Below are positions 56,937-64,000 of a stretch of 64,000 nucleotides of DNA, one piece after another. The stretch comes from an uncultured virus (IMG/VR IMGVR_UViG_3300020148_000038) (Duplodnaviria > Heunggongvirae > Uroviricota > Caudoviricetes). The position numbers were made by a program, and so were the translations under genes. The notes beneath the pieces were generated by a model, which was not told where the DNA came from, searched no databases, and was given only the letters and a program-made list of their open reading frames with translations. The stretch lies in the IMG/VR virus record IMGVR_UViG_3300020148_000038, one strand, 5' to 3'. How positions within the stretch are numbered: the first letter of the stretch is position 1; each line of letters begins with the position of its first letter.

Positions 56937-57344
56937 TTACCCTCGGTATCCTTTTAGGAAAACCGCGAGGGTGTCGTAGAAATCTGCGTTCTCATCGATC
57001 CATTCTTCGACATGAGAGAAGAACTCAGAAAGGATTTTTCTGGCTTCGTGGTGAAGTGGGTGCTCTATATTCTTACCAGCCCATATCAACCATTCTGTGT
57101 ATGTTGTGACAAGGTAGTTGTCCTGATCGAACCCGCTATCGAAATTATAGAGAAGTTCATCTAAATCGGCTATCTCTTGTCTGATGCTGTCGGTAACCTC
57201 GCCAAAGCGTCCGGTAGACATAAGCATCATTGCGTTTTGAAGGACCAAGGCATAATCGTCTACAGAAACACCCACAACCTTGATTCGAGGGATAGTTTTT
57301 AGGGTCGCCTTTGATTGTTCAATAGCCTTTTTAGATGCGCTCAT
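56937..57344 (-). CDS. hypothetical protein
   Basis: MSASKK... after GGAG SD. Confidence 0.7.
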   Translation of the reverse strand: MSASKKAIEQSKATLKTIPRIKVVGVSVDDYALVLQNAMMLMSTGRFGEVTDSIRQEIADLDELLYNFDSGFDQDNYLVTTYTEWLIWAGKNIEHPLHHEARKILSEFFSHVEEWIDENADFYDTLAVFLKGYRG

Positions 57345-57451
57345 GTCGTCTCTCCAGTGACAGCCTCGGAATGATACCTTATTGGGTTGCCGTTGGCAAC
57401 AAAACTCTGAATAACGATTCCCGATACGTATTTGGCAGCTATCATTACCGA

Positions 57452-57547
57452 ATGCGAAACATATCAAATTCCAGAACGGTAAAGGTAGCTTTAGTGGCAG
57501 CAGCTATTGCTGTTGTTGTCGGAACTGTACTCACTATAAGTTTTTAA
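57452..57547 (+). CDS. 31-aa single-TM peptide
   Basis: MRNISNSRTVKVALVAAAIAVVVGTVLTISF; TATCAT-N6-ATG. Confidence 0.45.
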   Translation: MRNISNSRTVKVALVAAAIAVVVGTVLTISF

Positions 57548-57575
57548 CCTCGGTTCCTGATGGTACATTATCTAT

Positions 57576-58145
57576 ATGTCAGAAAAAGTGCCCAAGAAAA
57601 TTGTTGATAAGAATGGCAAACACACAACGGTTTATGTCAAATCTCAGTCTTCGGGCAAAATAGACCGAATCGTTCCTCAAAACGCCCCACCTATCGTTGG
57701 ATACGAAACTATAGATATCAGGGATACCTATGAGGAACGGGCAACTAATTTAGTCAATACATTATTCTCGGCCGCTCGACATGCCAGCGATAAATCAAAT
57801 GACGACGATTTATCTCGGCATCTTTTTGATATCGGGCATGACGTTGTTGCTCTCATGTCAGAAATGCATCTGAAAATTCAAAGACAACGTGAAGAGATAG
57901 AGTTGCTTCAACAAGGTAGACTTATGAACTATTCACAATTCGTGGACTCTCACTCCAATTACTTCTTCGGAACGAAGTTGGAAAGGTTCAAGGACGCTTC
58001 CGGTAAGGAACATCTTGTGATTCCAAACGGGGTTGCCATAGGAAGTGTCTCTATGGACGATGCTGATTTAACGAAATTCAGGAAAGCTGTTTCTGAGTAT
58101 AACTCGATATTAGCCGCGCTGGAATCTTATATTTCAAAGGAATAA
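57576..58145 (+). CDS. DKNG-leader family protein
   Basis: VPKKIVDKNGKHTTVYVK; TACATT-N6-ATG with a degenerate CCTC box. Confidence 0.85.
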   Translation: MSEKVPKKIVDKNGKHTTVYVKSQSSGKIDRIVPQNAPPIVGYETIDIRDTYEERATNLVNTLFSAARHASDKSNDDDLSRHLFDIGHDVVALMSEMHLKIQRQREEIELLQQGRLMNYSQFVDSHSNYFFGTKLERFKDASGKEHLVIPNGVAIGSVSMDDADLTKFRKAVSEYNSILAALESYISKE

Positions 58146-58847
58146 ACTACGCGCCATTTCTGGGTTGATGTTGTTCTCGATTGCGTTTTTGATGTCGTCT
58201 ATTCTGAATATTCCCGCCCGAATATAATCTAGTGCAGGAAGTCCATCTCGCAACATCTCAAAGATGTAGGAAAACGCTATGTCGCTGTTATTCAAAGAGC
58301 CGTTGACAACTTCTGTGGTGATATTGGTTGGCTCTTCGGCTTCGCGGTGAAGAACGTCGTTCATAATCATATGTGCTTCTGATTTATAGATTGACATCGG
58401 AAGCACTGATACAAATTCTCCTTCAACCTCTAATGAGAAATGCGGCTCTTGATCCGAATGCATAGCCTTCATAACAAAAAGTGGTGCCAGAGGGTTGATT
58501 GTGTTGGTGGTGAGTTTTCGTATGATTGTTCGTGCAACGCCATCAACATCTGCCCGGATTGATTCCGGAATGTAGCTTCTGTCCAAAGAGGATATGTAAT
58601 CTTTGACGGTATTGAAATCGAATTGCAGGTGAATCAGTTCCTCTGTCACTTCTCGCATAGTTTCTTTGGTTCGGGTGCTTGAGAACTGTTCCCATCTCTC
58701 GGTAACTATATCCCTGGCTCGCGGGTCGATGACCCGAAAGGTTTCTTTTATCGGCGTATCAATATCGAATTCATATGGGTTTTCCCAGTTGTAGTGTTCA
58801 AAGATTCCGCTTTTAAAGAATTGCTCTGATGTTTCGTTTCTTTTCAA
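58134..58847 (-). CDS. C-terminal IDxD-module family protein
   Basis: ends YIRAGIFRIDDIKNAIENNINPEMARSL. Confidence 0.8.
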   Translation of the reverse strand: MKRNETSEQFFKSGIFEHYNWENPYEFDIDTPIKETFRVIDPRARDIVTERWEQFSSTRTKETMREVTEELIHLQFDFNTVKDYISSLDRSYIPESIRADVDGVARTIIRKLTTNTINPLAPLFVMKAMHSDQEPHFSLEVEGEFVSVLPMSIYKSEAHMIMNDVLHREAEEPTNITTEVVNGSLNNSDIAFSYIFEMLRDGLPALDYIRAGIFRIDDIKNAIENNINPEMARSLFL

Positions 58848-58863
58848 CGCTGTTCTTTCTTAC

Positions 58864-58983
58864 TCAGCCGAGACGAGCAAATCCTTTGTACCAGTCGCCC
58901 CTTTTGCGGTAAGAATCGACCGAAAATGCTGCCAAAGCCAAAATCGGAACAATAACCGCCCCCAAAACAACTAACCTCTTCAT
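58864..58983 (-). CDS. 39-aa membrane peptide (not in ORF track)
   Basis: MKRLVVLGAVIVPILALAAFSVDSYRKRGDWYKGFARLG; TAGACA-N17-TATCCT-N6-ATG. Confidence 0.6.
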   Translation of the reverse strand: MKRLVVLGAVIVPILALAAFSVDSYRKRGDWYKGFARLG

Positions 58984-59015
58984 GTCGAGAGGATAACATC
59001 ATGCCCGACGTTTGT

Positions 59016-59996
59016 CTATAACGGTTGCGTCTCTTCGTATAACCATTCGGGTATCTGACGTTCAGGGAATCTGACCATTGTCGAGTTACCTATTGCGTAG
59101 ACTGATTCTTTGCTTGCCTTCTCTATGAATCCTAGGTTCTCCTGCCTGAAGAAATAATTCCCTAAAACGTCTTTGCCGTTTCCGTAGTAAAACATATTGT
59201 CTTCAAATCCGTACTCTGTATAGAACTTTCTTAACCTACTGTAATGAGACTTTCTGTTTTCTTCGTAATGGATTGAGCTTTCCCTAATGCTTCCATCTCC
59301 TGCTTCACTTGGAACTAATGAAAGGACATAATGATTTTCGTCAGCGTGTTTGGTGATGATCGACATCACATGCGAACCTATTCCAATTCCTCGCATCTGT
59401 GCGTCTATGTATATGTCGTTGATGGCGCAGAACTTTCTTTCTTCGTCGGCGCTTCTATCCGATAACTTGATATAGATGACCCCGTTGTATATTTCTTTGA
59501 TGAAAGCGGTCATCTCTTCTAACGTTGCGAAAGAAGGCACTATGGTTTTGTTTATTTTCTTCGCTTGTTCGAGAAGATATGTTCGGTCTTTGGGTAATCT
59601 AACCAAACCCGTCTCTCTTCCATCTCGCGAAGATACTGTGGCGTTAATCCATCCGCCAGGTTCTCCAGCGCTATGCAGTCTGACCGTTTCAAGGTCTATA
59701 TCATGTAAACGATCTATATCGCTCCAGTCATAGGCTTTATTTCTGGATACAATCTCTCGCATTATCCGTGGTATAGACAATCCTTCTGGACATTCACTCA
59801 ATCCACATCCGACTACGTTGTGTTTTCTACTTTTGCAGATTTTGGGTTCAAGCCTGTTCTGAATAAGTGCGTTCTTGTCGTGTAACAGCCCGCTGTTGTC
59901 AACGTTTACAACCCTATTATTGGTTTTTCGGGAGATGTTCTTCCATACATGAGTGAACTTACCGTTCTTGTCTATGATGGGAACCCGAGTGGACAT
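59016..59996 (-). CDS. DKNG leader + GNAT-like domain
   Basis: RVPIIDKNGKFTHVWKN; INDIYIDAQMRGIGIGS and RLRKFYTEYGF. Confidence 0.8.
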   Translation of the reverse strand: MSTRVPIIDKNGKFTHVWKNISRKTNNRVVNVDNSGLLHDKNALIQNRLEPKICKSRKHNVVGCGLSECPEGLSIPRIMREIVSRNKAYDWSDIDRLHDIDLETVRLHSAGEPGGWINATVSSRDGRETGLVRLPKDRTYLLEQAKKINKTIVPSFATLEEMTAFIKEIYNGVIYIKLSDRSADEERKFCAINDIYIDAQMRGIGIGSHVMSIITKHADENHYVLSLVPSEAGDGSIRESSIHYEENRKSHYSRLRKFYTEYGFEDNMFYYGNGKDVLGNYFFRQENLGFIEKASKESVYAIGNSTMVRFPERQIPEWLYEETQPL

Positions 59997-59998
59997 GT

Positions 59999-60619
59999 TT
60001 ACCCTCCGACGAGGAATTCGTAATCTTTGTTGTTTCCAATGAACTCTCTGAATTCAGCGGTTTGCTTCTTAACGCTATCAAACATCTTGGTTACGCGATG
60101 CATTTCGTCATAGTCGCTCATATCGAAGCCTACTTCGCTGGCTAGCTCTTGTGGCGTCCGACAGTTGTCGGATATGGAGGCGTCGAGAATCAAGGAGTGA
60201 AGAACGTCTTCGACAGTTGGAACCGTATCAATAGCAAGTCCAGTGCTGTATGGAATCTGAATCTCTTTGTTGTCGTCATTCGTAAGGGTGATGATAAACT
60301 TGTTTTGTAATATGTTCTTACCAACATTATCTGTATAACGCTGTCCTATGTAATAAGCCGAACCGGTCACCCCGAGCCTTTTGGATACTTTTTCGATCCT
60401 AAAAGTTTCTCCGTCTGAGTATGAACCTTTAGGGAGCATCGGAGTTGAACTCTCTGGTTGTAAATCAGCGATATTGGTGACGGTTCTATTCTCTTGGTGC
60501 CCGGTATTTGGAACGGCCGACACCATCTTTTTCACTCCGACTTTTGGCTCGGCGCGTTTATGTACAGTGGTCTTACGTCCGTTCTTGTCTATGATTTGGG
60601 TGGGTACGAGGTTTGACAT
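59999..60619 (-). CDS. DKNG-leader family protein
   Basis: LVPTQIIDKNGRKTTVHKR; GGTC-N12-TATAGT; AAGGAG SD; PTVEDVLHSLILDA domain. Confidence 0.85.
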   Translation of the reverse strand: MSNLVPTQIIDKNGRKTTVHKRAEPKVGVKKMVSAVPNTGHQENRTVTNIADLQPESSTPMLPKGSYSDGETFRIEKVSKRLGVTGSAYYIGQRYTDNVGKNILQNKFIITLTNDDNKEIQIPYSTGLAIDTVPTVEDVLHSLILDASISDNCRTPQELASEVGFDMSDYDEMHRVTKMFDSVKKQTAEFREFIGNNKDYEFLVGG

Positions 60620-60684
60620 TGGGATGCTCCTTAACAATGTTACTATACAACGAGGGTGTGACCTCATTCGAATAGAGTTTCTAA

Positions 60685-61575
60685 TTAGCAACCGTAACGA
60701 GATCCGTATGCATTAGCGCCCGCTTCAAGTTCCTCTCTGTTGTAGATTACGCCGCCTTCCATATCAATCATTCCATTCACCCATTGATAATAGTGGTAGG
60801 ACTCATGTGCTATGGCCGTTCTGACTTTACAATCTGGTCTGTTGAGCCAAGCTGGAGTGATAATAATGTAGTTGTCTCCTGGGTAATAACATGCAACGCC
60901 AATAGGACAATACGCAATAACTATTGGTGGTACGTAAATAGAAATACCTTGACTCAGCCTTGCTAATCTGTCCGCCTGAGATGCGTCCGGGACTCGCCCT
61001 GACCCCCGCGCAGCCGCCTCACGCGCCGCTGCTTCCGCTTCCTCCTTGGCTATTCTGTCGTTCTCGCTTTTGACTATTTTCTTGAAGCTTTCGATTTTCT
61101 CTTCTAACGGCGGAATTTGTTCGTCCACCCACAGCGTTACTTCGGATTCCCATTCTTCCACGGTTTCCTTGGTGACAATCGAGTGCCAAACTTGGAGTCT
61201 TTGGGATGGTTCTATTTCGTAGATATCATCCAATTGGTCAACTTGCTCTTTTATTTCCTCGGCAAGAGATGTCATTTCCTTGGTTGGATTTGCCCCAGCT
61301 TTTCCGTGATCTGCGTCGAGCACGTCTGTTATGTTTTTAATTTCCAATTTCAGCCTAGAGTCTTCATCACGCAAGAAGGACTCAATTGACTTCTTTAGCT
61401 CTTCGTGCTCTTTATTGGCTTGCCGTATCTGGTTTTCTGTTCTGTGTATGCTTTCCATATATCTAGAATTCAGGCTGTCAACTTCGCTGTCAGACGGCAC
61501 CCTCATGTCAGATACGAACATGAGTCCTAATGTTGGAATTATTAACAAGCTGATAATACGAACAAAGTTTTTCAT
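60685..61575 (-). CDS. secreted or anchored coiled-coil protein with HExxH metallopeptidase-like domain
   Basis: N-terminal hydrophobic helix; AIAHESYH...ELEAGANAY. Confidence 0.75.
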   Translation of the reverse strand: MKNFVRIISLLIIPTLGLMFVSDMRVPSDSEVDSLNSRYMESIHRTENQIRQANKEHEELKKSIESFLRDEDSRLKLEIKNITDVLDADHGKAGANPTKEMTSLAEEIKEQVDQLDDIYEIEPSQRLQVWHSIVTKETVEEWESEVTLWVDEQIPPLEEKIESFKKIVKSENDRIAKEEAEAAAREAAARGSGRVPDASQADRLARLSQGISIYVPPIVIAYCPIGVACYYPGDNYIIITPAWLNRPDCKVRTAIAHESYHYYQWVNGMIDMEGGVIYNREELEAGANAYGSRYGC

Positions 61576-61622
61576 TATGGGTTGACGTTAGCAAAGATTC
61601 GTGATGAATGGGATAACTTTGA

Positions 61623-62078
61623 CTATTTTAGTCCAAAAATATATTCGCCCGATTCTGGGTCATCTCGTATTTGAAGAGTAAAGTATTCATCTCCCCTTAA
61701 TATCGCTGCTGCGTATCTGTGGTTTCCGTCGATTAAAGGGTGAAGGTTAAACAGGTGTTTCTCTACACTGAATATGGGAAGGTGCCAATCGTCTTCGCAC
61801 TGGACGCCATTGTGATAAAACCACGCCACCCTATTGATGTGGTATTGCCTAACTTCATTAGAATATCCTTCTAGATCAACTCCACAATATTCCTTGGATG
61901 ATGCCTCAGCAAGCGGAACAGACCTAACCTCTTCTTCAGTGAGAACATCACCGCCCCAAGTCGGGTAAATAAAAGCGCTAGGAATGATAGACTTCAGTAA
62001 AGAAACCCGAACCTTGTAAATGTTGTGAGATAACCTAATGGCATCTTCAGTGGTTGGTTTATCTGTTCGTGTTGACAT
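61623..62078 (-). CDS. ParB/sulfiredoxin N-terminal-like protein
   Basis: LIDGNHRYAAAILRG motif; TTGATT-N17-TATTAT-N7-ATG. Confidence 0.65.
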   Translation of the reverse strand: MSTRTDKPTTEDAIRLSHNIYKVRVSLLKSIIPSAFIYPTWGGDVLTEEEVRSVPLAEASSKEYCGVDLEGYSNEVRQYHINRVAWFYHNGVQCEDDWHLPIFSVEKHLFNLHPLIDGNHRYAAAILRGDEYFTLQIRDDPESGEYIFGLK

Positions 62079-62110
62079 CGCTGGGATAATAAAACATCTC
62101 GGTCTAAAAA

Positions 62111-62956
62111 TCAACCAGAGATAATCTCTAGCACGTCGTTATCGACTTTAGCCCATTCCCTCAACCTGAATGGATTCTTTTCGTGAGCGGCTACATCAAC
62201 AATTGCATCAAAGTCCAGCCTGAAGAGGCGAACCATAATCAACCATATCCACAGGGGAGGGAAGTTGTGGTCTTGGCGCGCCCTGTTTCTGATGTAGTAG
62301 AAGACCCAGAGGATGAATTGTCTGTTTCCGATTCTGCGATACAGTCGGACATTCGCTGCGTTGATGTCTTCCCATAGTTCACGCCCTATATAGTGTTGCC
62401 GCGAGATGATTTCGGCGGCTTCTCCAACCGTAATGCGCTCGTTATAGAAATGGGTTTTCATAGAAAGCGTTGAAAGCAACAACGGGGTAAGTCTTCCCTC
62501 TTGAGAGAGAATTTTGATTAAGTCGTCTTTGTTACAAGAGATCAACCTATGTGGTTTTTTAACCGAGCTATTTCCATATTTACTATGACCCAGATGTTGA
62601 AGTCCTGGACTATAAATCGTATCTTTGTATTTCAGCCACATTCCGACAAAGAAAGCAGCCAAATCCAAATCCTCTGCGTCATTGATGCTGGTTAGTCGTG
62701 AAATTTGATACGGCGAAGACTCCCTGAATTCGGATTTTTCAACCTCTGTCAAATCGGAAGCTTTAAGAAATCTTTCAAATTGGGTTTGAGTGGGGAGTGA
62801 CCAATAACTAAAATTTGAAAATGGTATGCGGCATTGTTCGATATCTCGGTAACGCCCGTCTTGGGAGGGGTCAACCCATTCCAAGAATTTAGATATTGGC
62901 TCGATGCTGTCTTCTAGTGATTTATCTATAACTAGGCTTCTTTTTGGAAAGCTCAT
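62111..62956 (-). CDS. hypothetical protein, weak C-terminal IDxD module
   Basis: ends REWAKVDNDVLEIISG. Confidence 0.65.
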   Translation of the reverse strand: MSFPKRSLVIDKSLEDSIEPISKFLEWVDPSQDGRYRDIEQCRIPFSNFSYWSLPTQTQFERFLKASDLTEVEKSEFRESSPYQISRLTSINDAEDLDLAAFFVGMWLKYKDTIYSPGLQHLGHSKYGNSSVKKPHRLISCNKDDLIKILSQEGRLTPLLLSTLSMKTHFYNERITVGEAAEIISRQHYIGRELWEDINAANVRLYRRIGNRQFILWVFYYIRNRARQDHNFPPLWIWLIMVRLFRLDFDAIVDVAAHEKNPFRLREWAKVDNDVLEIISG

Positions 62957-63393
62957 CTCATTTTCGATTCAAGCGTGGGGAGTAGGATATCTTGCTCCGG
63001 CTGGAATAGTTCGTACTCTTCTATAGAGTTGAACCTTTTTAAACTCGGACTTTCTGATGACTTGGCATATACCACCCCGCCATCGCCATATTTAGCTGCC
63101 ACGATATAATGGTTTCCGTCAGCAGACGCGGTAGTGGCTACTTGGATGCCGGTGGGAATCACAACGGAGAAAGATGCGTCAGATGTTATTTCGACAATGC
63201 TGCCCGCATATCTTCCGTTTTTATCACGAAAATAAGTTTGAGCCGCCGCGAAATCAATCACCGTGTTTTTAACAAGCTGTTCAGTAGAAACAGTCTCCAC
63301 TGGCGTCGGGTTTGGCTCTCGGTGTTCACTACATCCAGTTAAGAGGAATGCAGACCCTATTATTACCGCTGCCGCTACTACTTTCTTGAACAA
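62953..63393 (-). CDS. lipoprotein with pilin-like globular domain
   Basis: lipobox LLTGC; AAAQTYFRDKNGRY...HYIVAAK. Confidence 0.7.
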   Translation of the reverse strand: MFKKVVAAAVIIGSAFLLTGCSEHREPNPTPVETVSTEQLVKNTVIDFAAAQTYFRDKNGRYAGSIVEITSDASFSVVIPTGIQVATTASADGNHYIVAAKYGDGGVVYAKSSESPSLKRFNSIEEYELFQPEQDILLPTLESKMR

Positions 63394-63451
63394 CTTAAAC
63401 TCTTCCGTCTTTTATTGCAATAAGCAATTTGATATAAGGTAATCTTATTGT

Positions 63452-64000
63452 ATGTCCCGCGTCTTTTCAAGTATATTTTCGCGCCTATTTTTGGCGACGG
63501 CGCTGGTTATGCCGTTTTTGGCATTCGCCCTTCCTGCCCAAGCATCTGTGGATGAATCAGCAGTGATGTTTGAATCTATTAATGACGAAAGGCAGTCTAT
63601 AGGGCTTGAACTTTTGGAAGAAGATCCGCAGTTGAATGATGTCGCGCAGTCGTGGGCATTACAGATGTCTGAAGACGGTGAAATGTCTCACAACCCGAAC
63701 TATTCAAAGCAGATTCCGTCTGGATGGGAGGCTTCGGGAGAAAATGTTGCATATGGGTATCCTGATGGTGCGACCACTGTAGCAAATTGGATGCAATCGG
63801 AATCCCATAGAGAAAATATTCTTGGTGACTATACCCATGTTGGAACAGGTTGGGTGATGGACGATATGGGTACGAGTTGGGCTGTTCAGGTATTCGCTAA
63901 ATACCCTGTGGGAGGTATTGGAGAACCTGTTAAAAATGAAGGTGGATCTCAACCTGCTTCATCCGATCCCGTCGAGACTTCGCAAGGGGTTTCTGGTTCC
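63452..64000 (+). CDS. secreted CAP (SCP) domain protein, runs off the window end
   Basis: signal peptide ending AQA; INDERQSIGL, MSHN, GENVA, WMQSESHRENIL, VGTG motifs. Confidence 0.88.
   Translation, partial: MSRVFSSIFSRLFLATALVMPFLAFALPAQASVDESAVMFESINDERQSIGLELLEEDPQLNDVAQSWALQMSEDGEMSHNPNYSKQIPSGWEASGENVAYGYPDGATTVANWMQSESHRENILGDYTHVGTGWVMDDMGTSWAVQVFAKYPVGGIGEPVKNEGGSQPASSDPVETSQGVSGS

Noticed and set aside
63205..63230. DKNG sequence in the lipoprotein (RDKNGRY)
   Set aside because: Internal, lacks the flanking PxxII and TTVHK residues and the TGWC promoter; not counted in the leader family.
1..64000. tRNA, rRNA, CRISPR array, integrase/transposase, capsid/terminase or replicase genes
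   Set aside because: None recognisable by eye, so phage versus plasmid identity is left open.

Overview
Gene-dense, low-GC accessory region of a large phage-like or plasmid-like element, probably of an actinobacterial host (Microbacteriaceae-type LCP protein, pervasive leaderless promoters). It contains no virion, replication, rRNA, tRNA or CRISPR genes, so the element type cannot be fixed from this window. Recognisable cargo: pnuC-nadR with a candidate NAD+-II-like riboswitch, an NAD-type icd, an LCP protein, Fic, two DNA methyltransferases, two J-domain proteins plus a stand-alone DnaJ-type Zn finger, an Acb1-like 2H phosphoesterase, two Zn-ribbon/ADP-ribosyltransferase-like paralogs, GNATs, a pilin-like beta-propeller protein, a lipoprotein, an HExxH peptidase and a CAP protein. 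The main observation is that about 45 otherwise unrelated ORFans fall into two mutually exclusive tagged classes. Class 1 is 21 proteins with a shared N-terminal leader (PxxI(I/V)DKNGKxTTV(H/Y)K), mostly preceded by a non-canonical promoter TG(T/A)C-N12-TAnnnT. Class 2 is about 23-25 proteins with a shared C-terminal module (G(I/V)...D(I/V)......(N/G)(I/V)DxD(I/V)..S(L/I)), whose operons, where a promoter is clear, have ordinary TTGACA-N17-TAnnnT promoters. Other observations: a strong strand-independent G+T skew peak near 32 kb, two candidate anti-SD small RNAs, a dif-like site and several operator-like palindromes. All family assignments come from motif reading by eye; no searches were run.
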